A stretch of DNA of 63,552 nucleotides, filler included, from Octopus bimaculoides (lineage: Eukaryota), in the NCBI RefSeq assembly GCF_001194135.2. It is 8 parts of 8 records of this genome, joined end to end, with 100 filler letters (N's around TTAATTAATTAA, not from the genome) between each part and the next. Parts side by side here need not be neighbours in the genome. Positions count along the whole stretch, not along the records: positions 15,199 to 24,655 come from NC_069005.1; positions 24,756 to 33,104 come from NC_069000.1; positions 33,205 to 45,886 come from NC_069004.1; 5 more parts are not named here. One strand, given 5' to 3'. This document shows positions 23,990-38,893 of the stretch, piece by piece; positions within the stretch are counted from its first letter, which is position 1, and each line of letters opens with the position of its first letter. Position numbers and translations under genes: made by a program. A model generated the notes under the pieces. The model made no database searches. It was not told where the DNA came from and saw only the letters and a list, made by a program, of their open reading frames with translations.

Positions 23990-24127
23990 ATACCAAGGAT
24001 AAGAATAGATGTATCATAAATAATGATCTCAACAATTTTCACAATGAAATGATGCGTAAATAAACACCTGAAGAGATTTATAGACTGGCGCGTTCTAACT
24101 ATGATAATGATGATGATGATGACGATC

Positions 24128-24158
<31 letters not shown>

Positions 24159-24160
24159 CA

Positions 24161-24193
<33 letters not shown>

Positions 24194-24370
24194 GTGATAA
24201 TTCCTGTAGTAATTGGTGCACTTGGCACAAAACCCAAAATGCTACCTAAAAGACAGAAAGACATTGGAATCGGAACTCGCATTCGCGACCTGCAAGGTCA
24301 TGTGCTGCTTATTTTGATATGCGGTCACCATATTGTTCCCACGTAGTTGTGAAACCCGTGCCTGGTGCAC
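23990..24370 (+). mobile_element. Degenerate R4/Dong-like RLE C-terminal fragment interrupted by (GAT)n/(TAA)n
   Basis: IPVVIGALGTKPKMLPKRQKDIGIGTRIRDLQ parallels PIIVGALGTLNKNLEKYMEQIG..LQK of the 30.9 kb copy. Confidence 0.6.
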
Positions 24371-24452
24371 CCTTATGAGGCAGGTAGTCATAATAGGTAT
24401 ATTGGGCTACGTATATTTGTACCCTGGGGTCACTTTGAAGCATGCATCGTTT

Positions 24453-24485
<33 letters not shown>

Positions 24486-24755
24486 TTCTCTCTCTCTTTT
24501 TCTCTCTCTCTTTCTCTCCCTCTCTTTTCTCTCTCTCTCTTTTCTCTCTCTCTTTCAATCTGTCTCTCTCTCTGTCTCTCTCTCTGTCTCTCTCTCTGTC
24601 TCTCTCTCTGTCTCTCTCTGTCTCTCTCTCTCTCTCTCTCAATAATAATGGTTTCNNNNNNNNNNNNNNNNNNNNNNNNNNNNNNNNNNNNNNNNNNNNT
24701 TAATTAATTAANNNNNNNNNNNNNNNNNNNNNNNNNNNNNNNNNNNNNNNNNNNN

Positions 24756-24789
<34 letters not shown>

Positions 24790-25395
24790 TATATATGTAT
24801 GTATGCGTTTGTTTGAGTCAGTGTTTGTTCTCCCACCATCGCTTGACAACCGATGTTGGAGTGTTTACGTCCCCGTCACATAGCGGTTCGGCAAAAAGGA
24901 AAACGATAGAATAAGTACTAGGCTTACAAAGAATAAGTCATGGGTGTCGCTTTATCCGACTAAAGGTGGTGCTATGAAAGAGTATATATATATCATCATC
25001 ATCATCACTATTCAACGTCCGCTTTCCATGCTAGCATGGGTTGGACGATTTGACTGAGGACTGGTGAACCAGATGGCTACACCAGGCTCCAATCTGATTT
25101 GGCAAAGTTTCTACAGCTGGATGCCCTTCCTAACGCCAACCACTCTGAGAATGTAGTGGGTGCTTTTACGTGCCACCGGCACGAAGGCCAGTCAGGAGGT
25201 ACTGGCAACGGCCACGCTCAAAATGGTGCATCTTACGTGTCACCTGCACAGGAGCCAGTCCACATATATGTGTGTGTGTGTGTGTGTTTACTTAAAAGCA
25301 ATAAAAGTATGGGAAGTCAATGATCTTATGACTTTTTAAGCATTCATATTTATATTTCATTTTATGACCCGTGTAAACTCATTCAACATTAAGAT

Positions 25396-25440
<45 letters not shown>

Positions 25441-26031
25441 TGCACGTATGTTTCCAGGGTACTTTTACTTGTTTATGATTGGTGGTGGTGGTGGTGGTGA
25501 TGATGACGGCGATTTCTGTGACTTTATATACATTTAACAAGTCGTTAATAAACTAATAAAACATCTTTATAGCAGCTCTAAAAAAAAAAATAAAGATATC
25601 CTTCTTTTTTATTGTTTGTCATATAAAACACAAAACCAAACGGTTAAGTCTTAGGACGCCTCTCAGTTGCAATATTTTCTTCCTTTGTTGGTCTCAAGAA
25701 AAGAGAGAAAATTAGTTTTTAATCTATGATGCCTAAATAATGAATCATCAAGGTTGTTTCTTCGAGGTAGGTTGACCTGCTAAATATGGTAGTCTAATTT
25801 CCTTCGTATCTCCCTCGGCTTAACATAAACGCACAAGCACCAGTTGCCAAGCGGTGATGGGGGTGACAAACACAGATACAAAGACACACACATAGCTATA
25901 AACATATACATATATATATGTGTGTGTATATATGTGTGTACATACATACATACATATATACATATATATAGATAGATAGATATAGATATACGTATACATA
26001 TGCATGTATGCACACATACATATAAATATAT

Positions 26032-26087
<56 letters not shown>

Positions 26088-26533
26088 TCTCTCTCTTTCT
26101 CTCAATGAATCTACTCCTCCACATCACTTCTTTTTCTCGTGCACAATTTTGGGGCCTTGAGATAAGAACTTTATTTGTTTATTGTTTTCTCTTTGAAGAT
26201 GGGTTAGCACTCAAAGCTTCACACTTCGTATATTCCTCACTGCATACACACTGTCTGAACTATTTGTGTCACGCATTTCTGCTGTTATTTCAATTAGTGG
26301 ATTCAGAATTTGTGAGAGAAAAATGATTATTCTACTGTTAGTATTTTTAAAGGCTACAAACAAAACGTGTAGGCGGCCAGAAATATGGTCGGGGTAGATC
26401 TTATGATCCTCGCTAAATCCATTAGAACTGACCCGGACTTTGCTGCCGTTTCTCTGATAGTAACAGGTTTCACATTAAAATAATTAGTGCAGAACAATAA
26501 AGCGTTTGGTCGCGTAATATTTGGAAATATTAA

Positions 26534-26750
26534 GGCGGCGAGCAGGCAGAGTCGTTAGCACGCCGGGCGAAATGCTTGGCGGTATTTCGTCTGTCTTCCA
26601 CGGTCTGAGTTCAAATTTCGCCGAGGTTGACTTTTCCTTTCAACCGTTCGGGGTCGATAAATTAAGTACCAGTTGCGTACTGGGGTCGATCTAATCGACT
26701 GGCCCCCCTCCCCAAAAATTTTGGGTTTTGTGCCTGGAGTAGAAAAGAAT
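26534..26750 (+). mobile_element. tRNA-derived SINE family C; further copies near 6990-7215(+), 22125-22265(-), 30605-30800(-), 31640-31780(-), 48290-48440(-), 63000-63228(-)
   Basis: Shared ggcggcgagctggcagaatcgttagcacgccgggcgaaatgc...gagttcaaattccgccgaggtcgactttgcctttcatcc...aagtaccag consensus in at least seven dispersed copies. Confidence 0.8.
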
Positions 26751-26857
26751 ATTTGGAACTAACACATACTGAAGAAAAGTAGCGACGAAATTTTAGAAAA
26801 TCCGTTGAGAANNNNNNNNNNTTAAAATTTGTAAAAAAAAAAAATTTAAAAAAAAAA

Positions 26858-26924
<67 letters not shown>

Positions 26925-27039
26925 CAATTAAAAATTTAAAAATACAGGAGATTCATCAGTCCGATCACCGGTGTTAAGTGGTACACATAAAAAAACAATT
27001 GCCAGATGTGTGGCGGAAACATACATATTTACTGCAAAT

Positions 27040-27200
27040 TAAGGAAAATATTATAACATATCATGTGCTAAAAGGATCATGCGCAAACCTCGGGTAACTT
27101 ATATAGGAGAGACATCTCGGAGTATAAGTGAAAGATTCCGGGGTGCATTAAAACAGCCATGCCAAAACGACATCAATATTTTATCAAACATTCCCTTGAT
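27040..27200 (+). mobile_element. Penelope-like element GIY-YIG endonuclease remnant
   Basis: YIGETSRSISERF encoded from 27100, the second GIY-YIG motif with the conserved Arg. Confidence 0.6.
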
Positions 27201-27603
27201 AATATCAATATTTTATCAGACATTTCTTAGATAATCATGATTGCTCAATCACTAGACTCAATGTGGATATCATCAGATCTACACATTCCTATGATATACT
27301 TTGACAGGTAACTGAGCCAGGTTGCATAGAAGAGTAGAAACTCAGTCTCAACAGTAAGTTTCATTATCAATGCACCATACAAAATTAGTTCTTATTGGAT
27401 TAATTTTAAAAATATATAGGTGCTGGCATGGTTGAGTAGTTAAGAAGTTGCAGCTGCTTGGTTTCGGGTTCAATCCCACAGTGTGGTACATTAGGGAAAT
27501 GTCTTCTGTAGTCCCGGACCGACCAATGTCTTGTGAATGAATTTGGTAGACGGAAAGTGTAAAAAATCGACGTATATGGGTGCATGCATGCGTGTGTGCT
27601 TAC

Positions 27604-27635
<32 letters not shown>

Positions 27636-28091
27636 ATGCATGTCTTTGTGCTTGTTCCCCATCACTTGGAAACTGGTTTTCTTTTGTTTACGTCCCCGTA
27701 ACTGAGCGGTTCAGCAAAAGAAACCGATAGGATAAATTCGTAACATACGCAAAAATCATCGACTAAACCAGAATGCTCCAGCATTGCCGCAAAAGGCAAA
27801 AGAATGAAAGAATATACAGCTTTGTGTGTATGTACCTGCGTATATGTGTATGTGCGTGGTTGGTGTGTGTGTAAGCGTGTATGCGTGTGTTTGTGTTTGC
27901 ATATGTTGATACATATATTTGTATGTATGTATGTATGTATGTATGTATTATGTATGTATGTGTGTGTATTTATATATACACACATACATGCATACACATA
28001 CATATTTAGATGAAGAGGTGCATACAAACATACGTACATACAGACATATAAACGTACGTATGTATATGATTGTGCGTGTGTGTAACAATAC

Positions 28092-28122
<31 letters not shown>

Positions 28123-28936
28123 NNNNNNNNNNNNNNNNNNNNNNNNNNNNNNNNNNNNNNNNNNNNNNNNNNNNNNNNNNNNNNNNNNNNNNNNNNNNNN
28201 NNNNNNNNNNNNNNNNNNNNNNNNNNNNNNNNNNNNNNNNNNNNNNNNNNNNNNNNNNNNNNNNNNNNNNNNNNNNNNNNNNNNNNNNNNNNNNNNNNNN
28301 NNNNNNNNNNNNNNNNNNNNNNNNNNNNNNNNNNNNNNNNNNNNNNNNNNNNNNNNNNNNNNNNNNNNNNNNNNNNNNNNNNNNNNNNNNNNNNNNNNNN
28401 NNNNNNNNNNNNNNNNNNNNNNNNNNNNNNNNNNNNNNNNNNNNNNNNNNNNNNNNNNNNNNNNNNNNNNNNNNNNNNNNNNNNNNNNNNNNNNNNNNNN
28501 NNNNNNNNNNNNNNNNNNNNNNNNNNNNNNNNNNNNNNNNNNNNNNNNNNNNNNNNNNNNNNNNNNNNNNNNNNNNNNNNNNNNNNNNNNNNNNNNNNNN
28601 NNNNNNNNNNNNNNNNNNNNNNNNNNNNNNNNNNNNNNNNNNNNNNNNNNNNNNNNNNNNNNNNNNNNNNNNNNNNNNNNNNNNNNNNNNNNNNNNNNNN
28701 NNNNNNNNNNNNNNNNNNNNNNNNNNNNNNNNNNNNNNNNNNNNNNNNNNNNNNNNNNNNNNNNNNNNNNNNNNNNNNNNNNNNNNNNNNNNNNNNNNNN
28801 NNNNNNNNNNNNNNNNNNNNNNNNNNNNNNNNNNNNNNNNNNNNNNNNNNNNNNNNNNNNNNNNNNNNNNNNNNNNNNNNNNNNNNNNNNNNNNNNNNNN
28901 NNNNNNNNNNNNNNNNNNNNNNNNNNNNNNNNNNNN

Positions 28937-28981
<45 letters not shown>

Positions 28982-29699
28982 ACTCTGGTGTGTTTCTTTA
29001 ATTTCACTTATTCCCATCAGCTTTCAACTTTTCCTTGAAGAAGTACTCTATCCGAAACGTTAGCTTTTATTACTCCATATGGCAAATTCACTGTACTCTT
29101 CTCGTCCATTTTATCTAATGACAGGGGAGATTTCCTCGTCCTAAAAGTGAATGATGTCAGCACACACGTTCCAAGCAATGCAGCTTTATCCTTCCACAGA
29201 GATAAGAACCAAACAGCGGTTGGATGGGTTAAGCAGATCGATCTGGGAGAAAGGATGAGAAGAAAATTTATCGATGGATTGTTCACATTGTAAATTAAGC
29301 CACTGAACAATCCGCCAACCAATATGTGACAGAAGAGTAGTTGGAAAATTTAAAATTGGAAGTATCTAGAAGATAGGATCTTATTGAAGACCACGGAAAA
29401 GTTCTATGGACAACTGAAAGATTATTGCCCAGAGGATGTAGGGGTTCTTCCTTGAGTAAGCCCATTCATAGAATGGCTACGGTTATTCTTGGGTTTAATC
29501 TAATGAACGGCAATCGGTTACCTTCATCGGTGCTCTGATCTGAACTAGCCAACGGGTTTTCACTAGTGTAGGTAGAATGCGCTAAACGTCTTTCATGTTT
29601 TTTTTTCTATAATATTATATTTTGCTTTAAAATTTAGAAAGACTTCTATATCTTGTTTTAATTGGTGCGGTTTTTAATAATTTCATATCAATTGTTAGT

Positions 29700-30080
29700 G
29701 GAGGCGCAATGGCCCAGCGGTTAGAGCAGCGGTCATAGGATCGCAGTTTCGATTCCCAGACCGGGCGTTGTGAGTGTTTATTGAGCGAAAACATCAAAAA
29801 GCTCCACGAGGCTCCGGCAGAGGATGGTGGCGAACCCTGCTGTACTCTTTCACCACAACTTTCTCTCACTCTTAGTTCCTGTTTCTGTTGTGCCTGTAAT
29901 TCAAAGGGTCAGCCTTGTCACACTTTGTGTCACGCTGAATATCCCCGAGAACTACGTTAAGGGTACACGTGTCTGTGGAGTGCTCAGCCACTTGCACGTT
30001 AATTTCACGAGCAGGCTGTTCCGTTTGTCGGATCAACTGGAACCCTCGACGTCGTAAGCGACGGAGTGCCAACAACAACA
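29700..30080 (+). mobile_element. tRNA-derived SINE, family A head, tail type 2 ending in (CAA)n
   Basis: Same head as 3090; tail matches the reverse-strand copies at 3721-3900 and 3930-4110. Confidence 0.75.
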
Positions 30081-30850
30081 ATCAATTGTTAACCTTGTTC
30101 GTTGCGCAACGTCCTTATTCTTTAACTTTTGTCATGTCCATCCTCATACGGTTCGTTTCCTCCTTCACTCATATTTTGATATTCATTTGTATTGTATGTG
30201 CCTAATAAAGAAACTATTATCATCACTATTATAACTATGTACGTTAGACAATCTCATTCCATCACAGAGCTTATTAATATGAAGCCTTGTTCCAATGTCA
30301 GAAGAAAAACAATTATCAATATCCTTAATGTTGTTGCTGTTATTGTTGTCGTGATTGTTGATGCTGCTGTTGCTGCCGTTGTTGTTATAAGAGACTATGA
30401 ATAAATTCTATATATAATGTCAATGACGTCAACATATATTCATCTCCTCAAAACCATCAAATAGTAAAAACTGGTTTTCAAGTAGGAGAATTCTCTCTCA
30501 CGTTTTTCTTATACCCATTTGCGTTCTTAGTTAAAATTTCTCAGGGGTCAGTTTTGCTCTTCATCTTTCTATATTTGTCTAAAAATAGACAAATATAATA
30601 ATTCTTTCTACTATAGGCACGAGGCCTGAAGTTTGTTGGGAGGCGGAGGCCAGTCAATTAGACCGACCTCAGTACACAAATGGTACTTAATTTATCGACC
30701 CCTAAAGCGTGAAAGGCAAAGTCGACCTCGGTGGAATTTGAACTCAGAATCTAAAGAGAGACTAAATACCGCTAAGCATTTCGCCTGGTGTGCTAACGAT
30801 TCTGCCAGCTCACCACTTTAATAATAATAATAACAATAATAATGATGATG

Positions 30851-31640
30851 ATGAAAAGATGGCTATGGATGACTAAAAGTGACTTAAAACCTGAAACGGA
30901 GGCTCTAATCTATGCTGCCCAAGAACAAGCATTAAGAACGAATTATATCAAATACAAAATAGAAAGTGATAAGTGCATAATTTGTGTACACAATGATGAA
31001 ACCGTATGGCATATTACCAGTCAATGTACGTCACTAGCCCAGAAAGAATATAAGAGACATTATGACAATATAGTAAGAATTGTCCATTGGACACTTTACA
31101 AGTATGAACATGACAGTCAAAAAAGTGGTACGAATATAAACCTGAAGGCATCATCGAAAATGATAATGCAAAGATCCTGTGGGATTTTATGATTCAGTGC
31201 GACCATGAGATCGAGAATAGAAAACCAGACATAGTGTTAATTGAGAAAGAAAGCAAACGATGCTGGATCATAGATATTGAATGCCCAGCTGACAACAAGG
31301 TATGCGATAAGGAAGAAAGAAAAGTCGATAGATATGGCACGTTATTTGGCACGTATGGGAGGTAAAGCAGTTGTGGTCGATCAAAAAAAGTGGTAGTACT
31401 ACCAATAATTGTCGGAGCCCTGGGAACACTGAATAAAAATCTTGAGAAGTACATGGAACAAATAGGGGCTGCAATAAGGATGGAGCACTTGCAGAAAACA
31501 GCACTGCTTGGAACCGCTCGAATACTGCGGATGGTGCTCGGAAAATAAGGGGTGTTACCATAGTTCGCTGGTAGTGAACAGCTGGCACCGTAGTACATCT
31601 CCAGCGTTGGAAGTTGTGCAAAGACAATAAATAATAATAA
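30851..31640 (+). mobile_element. R4/Dong-clade non-LTR retrotransposon 3' fragment (CCHC knuckle plus restriction-like endonuclease), frameshifted
   Basis: LKPETEALIYAAQEQALRTN, CIIC..DETVWHITSQC, KILWDFMIQCDHEIENRKPDIVL..CWIIDIECP, PIIVGALG..LQKTALLGTARILRMVL-stop (31546); flanked by TAA runs. Confidence 0.88.
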
Positions 31641-32033
31641 TAATCGACTCCAGTACTCAACTGGTACTTAATTTATCAACCCCGAAAGGATGAAAGGCAA
31701 TGTCGACCTCAGCGGAATTTGAACCCAAAAGAAAAATACCATTAAGCATGTCTTCCGGTATGCTAAGTATTTTGCCAGAACATCATCTTAATAATAATAA
31801 TAATTTCTCTATATCTTGGCTTACTGTTCCCAACACATCAATTATTATAGGGACGACTTTTACTGTTCGCATGCTCCAAATTCTTCATATATTGTTATTT
31901 TTGTTGTTGTTGTTGTTGTTCTTGTTAAAATGAAAAAGAAACCGAGAGCAATTAAATCGACTACTTCTCAATCTGCCGACCCCCGAATTTCTTGCGATAA
32001 AATAAGTACCAGTTAAATACTCGGTCAATCATA

Positions 32034-32078
<45 letters not shown>

Positions 32079-32339
32079 CTGAGGCTTTGCACATAAATAT
32101 ATCATTCTTATTAAAAATCATCATCACCACCATCATCATCATCATTAACACCACCACCACCACCACCACTACATCCATCATCATCACCATCACCATCGTC
32201 ATCATCATTGCCGTCATCATTATTTTATTAATCACGTAATCATGTCGCCTTTTCGCTTCACCCTGCATATAAAAAAAAAATTTCTAATCTTGCCTGTGGC
32301 CATCTTGTAGTAATCGATTTTCGTTGTTATTTCTGCCTA

Positions 32340-32377
<38 letters not shown>

Positions 32378-32550
32378 TATGAAAAAAATCAGGTTCTTAC
32401 GCCTACACAAATAGACTATCATATTCGCGACTATACACACGTGTCTAACATACTCACACATACGTTAATACATGCATACATGCACACAATTGAACAATAA
32501 AGACTAGCGACAGGCTATACTTAGCCGAAAGTAATATGATTCTAGCTTGA

Positions 32551-32592
<42 letters not shown>

Positions 32593-32935
32593 ATGTGTGT
32601 GTGTGTGTTAATATACACAGGCTGTCAGATATTATGTGTGTGTACTCAATCTAGAGAAATTTCACAACGCGCTAAATATATATATGTAACTCGGTGTGAG
32701 AGTCAGTTTATGCGGGTGTAGGTATATATACATATAATTAATCCATAATTGCAAATACATGCACACACACATTGCACATACATGTATGTATGTATGTATG
32801 TATGTGTGCTTGTGTATCTATGTATGTGTATATGTATGCATACATGTATGAATATAAGAAATATGAGAAATGCACGTATGATATATGTGCATTTGTGTGT
32901 GGATGTACGTTTCCGTCATATATGTGTGTGTGAAT

Positions 32936-32971
<36 letters not shown>

Positions 32972-32974
32972 GCA

Positions 32975-33013
<39 letters not shown>

Positions 33014-34935
33014 ATGTATGTATATATATTTATATGTGTGTATGTACGTATGTATAAGTATGTATGTACGTATGTACGTATATATATATATATATATACT
33101 TGAANNNNNNNNNNNNNNNNNNNNNNNNNNNNNNNNNNNNNNNNNNNNTTAATTAATTAANNNNNNNNNNNNNNNNNNNNNNNNNNNNNNNNNNNNNNNN
33201 NNNNATATATATATATATATAGTTTAAATTTATGTATGTGAGTGTAAGTGTCGAGAGAGAGAGAGAGTGGGGGTAAAGCAGTTTTCCATTCCAATCATAG
33301 ACTCCATCAGTTTCTGTGGTGTTATCTGAAGTTCAGAACTGTGGATTGGCAGCGTCGTTTGAGCAGCCGACAAAATGTCGTCTGGCATTTCTTTCGACTG
33401 CTTGAGATTCCTTGGGTTCAAATCACATCGAAATCAACCTTGCCCAACGCTGCCTTCCATCCTATCAAAATCGATGAAATGAAGTAACAGTCGAGTACCG
33501 AGGTCGATGTACTCTACAAGCTCCTTGTATCGAAATCAGAAACCTATTTAAAGGTCTGATGTTCCTTTTTAAAGAATCGTAATGAATGCCATTGCCATCA
33601 CACCAGAGTATAACATTGACGCTCTTCTCATTGTCAGACGATGATTGCGATGGTGATAACCTTTATTGCAATGAATCCCAGATGTCTGAGACGAACCTAT
33701 GGGCTCAGTATTTTAACTTCTTTTAATTTCGTTTATCGTTGAATGAAGAAATCAGTTGAAACTTAATATATTTTTCGTTATAATTCGCCCATGTTCATAA
33801 GTTTCCGGAAACTACCGAATCGACTTCGTGAGAGTTCGCTGACTTCAAAAGTTATTGTTATGGTTGATTATTAGCCATTGCTCAGGACGGATTCAGCAGA
33901 TCTACAGCATTGAAGAAACACCTTCCAGCCATGACCATCCCTTTTATTATGATGTATGTCTATAATTGCATTGTCTAATCCATCCATTCGCTTTGGATTT
34001 TGTTGGGATGCAATTTGAGGAAGATGAAGTCGATTAAATTCTTCAATCTGATGTGTCCTTCCTAGTTGCTCTTTTGAGTTGTGAGTTGAAGGAGATTTAG
34101 GTGATATTACTGGTAAATATATTGACCTCAGTTAGTCCGTACAGAGGGTATCTTGTGTGAATAAAAAAGTTTCTTGTTTGAATATAGCCCCGAGACGTCA
34201 TCATTGCACCAAGTCTCTAGATTGTCTTAATATTTAACGACGTCTCTTAAAAGTGTTAACTCGAAAGTGTAATAAATATGTGAGCTAGTGTGTGTATGTA
34301 TGCATGCACATGTGTGTGTATGTGTGTGTGTGTGTTTGTGTGTGTTTGGTTTTAGACGCTCACTTTTGGCTTCGGGTTCAGTTCAACTCTGCAGACGCTT
34401 CTGCTATAGCCCCGGGTCGACCGATGCCTTGTGAGTGAATTTGGTAGACGGAAACTTTGTGAAACCTCGTCGTGTATACAACCAATATTGGTTCGTTAAC
34501 TCCTTAATTTGTCGGTTTTAGGGGTAAGAAAAAAAATCCCGATAGAATAAATACCGACTTAAGGAAAAAATGATACTAAGGTTAACTTGTTTGACTAAAC
34601 CCTCGAAGTTCGTGCCCCAGCATGGTCGCAGTCCAATGATTAAAACAAGTACAAAATATTTAATAAAATAATTTTTTCCTGATATGGCCATTTCATCTTA
34701 CGGTTGCTGATGTAAACCACCATTTTTGCTGACGTGTATCGCACAATGCATTGATGACGTAGTCTGTTATTAAGTCTATTCGAACCAAAGAATTACTTTT
34801 TCCTTTTTTTTATTTTTTTATTTAACCTCAATTCGTTTCGCTCTTTATTGCGCATTTCATTTCGTGATTACATAACGGCTTCTACGTCTTTTATGCCTAT
34901 AATCTTGAATTTGATGTATGTATATGTGTGTATGG

Positions 34936-34967
<32 letters not shown>

Positions 34968-35429
34968 GCTTATTGTATGTACAAGTGTATAACTGCATAT
35001 ATATGCTCACACACGCATATATATTTCCATATAAATATATTCATGTATATACATGTATATATACATATAATACATATATACACACCTGCATTTATAGGTA
35101 CATATTGGAGTGTATATATATATATATATATATACACGCACACACACTAATATAGATATGTATATGTCTATCTATCAATCTCTCTCTCTCTNNNNNNNNN
35201 NNNNNNNNNNNNNNNNNNNNNNNNNNNNNNNNNNNNNNNNNNNNNNNNNNNNNNNNNNNNNNNNNNNNNNNNNNNNNNNNNNNNNNNNNNNNNNNNNNNN
35301 NNNNNNNNNNNNNNNNNNNNNNNNNNNNNNNNNNNNNNNNNNNNNNNNNNNNNNNNNNNNNNNNNNNNNNNNNNNNNNNNNNNNNNNNNNNNNNNNNNNN
35401 NNNNNNNNNNNNNNNNNNNNNNNNNNNNN

Positions 35430-35467
<38 letters not shown>

Positions 35468-35901
35468 TATTTCATTCGATTTGTTGAAGTTGATACAATT
35501 ATTGTCAAAGAAACAAACTGAACGTATTTTATTCTGTCCTACTTCCTTCTCGCATGCGACTCCACTATTAATTATTGCATTTCTTTTTGTCATTATTTAA
35601 TCTGATGAGTCATCACTTCCGCTAGTTAGTCGGGCATGTGCATTATTGTATGGCCGAACAGCGATATCGCATTGTCATTGGTTAACCGAGACACCAATCA
35701 GCGTTCAGCAAGAGCTCAGTTGTTGTGGGTTTAATATCACGACAAATAGTGGGGTTCATCCGACATTGAAAAAATAGCCAAACGTGCCCAGAACGTCAAT
35801 GGTCATATAGGTTTCACGAGACACGATGCCGAATCTCCAAAGTCTGTAAGATCACCGAATATTATTTTAAGAAAAAGAGATGGTCCTATTTTTGGCCAAT
35901 G

Positions 35902-35968
<67 letters not shown>

Positions 35969-36833
35969 GGAGCCGTGAGAAATAGCTCTGAAGAGGCATG
36001 AATATGTGGATTAGACATTCACTTTCTAACTGGGTGCTTTCGGTTTCAATCCAAACTGTAGCACATTGGGCAAATATCTCTCCTACCAGCCCCAGATCAA
36101 CGAAAGCCCTCTGAAACTGAAAGGCCGTTGCGTAGAGCGTGTGAGTGCATGCGCGCGCATATTTGTGTCCCCTTCCTTGTCTTGGCATCGTGCGAGACTC
36201 GTAAACGTATTCCCTCTGACTCATGCGAGCATGGAGAAGTAGACGTTAAAATGCTGCAGATGTGTGTATCTATAAAAAAATATACGTAATTGTTTATACT
36301 CTTATGGCTTATTACTGATTCATTCACCGTTGGTATATTTGATGACGTAAAAGACAGAGAGGAGTGACCGATAGATGTCTCACCTTTTTAATACAAAATC
36401 GTCACACCAACAAATCTCCTATTGTTTTTAATATACATCGCATTTAGATATAGCTCTTTATTCTTTTTAATATAAATCGTTTCCCGAATAAGTGTTTCGT
36501 CGCTTTAATACATATCGTTTTGTCATTTTAATAACAGATCCGATATAGATCTCTTTCTGTCTTTTTTTTTAAAATCTAGATGGTCTTAGATGTCGTTTTC
36601 ATTAATCTTCAAGAGCCGGTAGAAAATTCTACCTATATATCTATCCACCTGTCTGCCTGTCTGTCTAGTAATACACAGAGCATATACATATGTGTATGTC
36701 TCTCTCTCTCTCTCTCTACATATATATATATAGTAAATTGTTTGTATTAAGCATAAATCAATGAGAAAAATACAAAGCTTTTAGTTTTCTAGGTTTCACT
36801 TTTTAAATTATAAAAATCTGATATTTTGTGTAA

Positions 36834-36890
<57 letters not shown>

Positions 36891-38831
36891 CGCGTGCGTG
36901 CGCATGTAGTCATCTATAGTTTGATCACATTTTACAAATAATAGGACGAAATATATAAGGAACTGGAAACTATTGTATTCTATATGGAATATTTAAAGTT
37001 TCATGGCTTGATATGATATTGCCTTAATCTGTACATTTTAACGCAGTATAATGTTTACTAATGGATTCATTTGGGGAGGCGGAATATTAATTATCATCTT
37101 TCCAATTTTGTATTATTGCTTAGTGGTGAGAATGAGTTATGTTCCTTCGTCTGTGCATTAAGAACAATTATTATAAAAGATAATGATAAATAAAAAGAAA
37201 AGTCGATGGAAAAAATAACGCATAATGTGTAACCGGGGAGGAGGAATGGAAAGATGGAAAAAAAATAGATGCAAAACAAATAATTGCTATTAACAATGTA
37301 AATATCTTACTTTTTAGAGGCATGCACGCATTTATGCACACATACAAGTCAATGGGAAATGATATGCAAGTGGCGGTATGACTCAGTTATTTAATTGTTT
37401 CTCGAAGTGTCAACACCATCGGGAAATTTTGAGTCTTAGGTTTAGATAAAAATCAGTGTTGCATGAGGTTTTCTGGATGAGGCTTTTTTCTGTAGTACAT
37501 TGATCACATCTTTTACTTTCTATTTGGTAAGGTTTGATCTTTCATTAATCTTCCATTTCATAATTTAATTGGAAACATCATCAAATTTAGACGCACAAGT
37601 TTCTAAGTTTCTGAAAGACTATCTATGATTGTAATATCTGTAATTGAAATCCATCGGATATGCCTATGTACTACGTTAAAGTTTGTTTTGGTGAATGTAA
37701 CTTAAATTTCGTATGTTCATGAATTCTATATGATATAAAAACAAATATGTTGATGCTTCTATCTGAATAGGTAATTTCGCTTTTAATGCGTTAGGAACAA
37801 TCCGATTTAAGGACATTATAACTTCTCTCGCTTTCCGAAATAGTCTGTGCCTTAGTTCTTTTCACTAAATATTAAATCTGATACCTCCAAAATCTTTCTG
37901 GTTTTAATAAACGTTCTCCAACTGACTATATATATAGGAAATCAAAAACATGTCTCACACACTCGAGTAAATGAACCGGTCGATGCCTACAGCTCATGTA
38001 GAAATACCAAATCATCCATGCTACATTAGCTTATACCAGACGCATCCCTGCCCAAGCAGCTCTTCACTTGGATTGTGATCTCTGAAACTCTCTCCTAACC
38101 TATTTTCTATAAACAACAATGTACAAATGTTGGGATAGAACTCCGACTGTGCTGATTTTTTTATCAGTGTAGAACTGTGAAGTCTATGAACAGTAACCGT
38201 TCATTAATTTAATTTTAGGGAATAGCTTCAGTTTAAATGATCGAAATAAACTGTTTGGTTGTTAAATACTCAGGCCTGAGCACGTGCGCATATTTCTACG
38301 TAAATTATGTGAATGTTTATAACACTTGTATGATTTTGTTTTAATTACACACATCTTGCTTATCGAATTATTCGTTAATAATCACTTGTATATTTGCTAA
38401 TTCGTAATACGTACATATACGACCATGTCTCCATGCGGGTAAACACGTGTACTGCCTATAGCATGCATACATGGAAATAAAATTCACGTACATTATTTGT
38501 TAATCGTTATTTACGTTACGATATCCATTTCAAACTGTGAACTGCACCGTTACTTTCAGGCAATGCCTACACTCAGGTAGGTCCAACATCTCTACTTTTT
38601 TAATTATTCTTCGATCATATTTAATCCTTTCCCTAGCTTTTTTGTTATCAGCTCAATCCCCTTTAAATAATTCATATTTCCTATTAATTTTTCTTCTTTA
38701 TTTCGTTGTTAATCTAATCATAAATCAGCTTAAAATATGCTGGATCATCTCAAGTATATGTATATGCTACTACCTGTGTGTGTGTGTGTGTATATATACA
38801 TATGTGTAAATGTATATATGTATGTGTGCAT

Positions 38832-38893
<62 letters not shown>

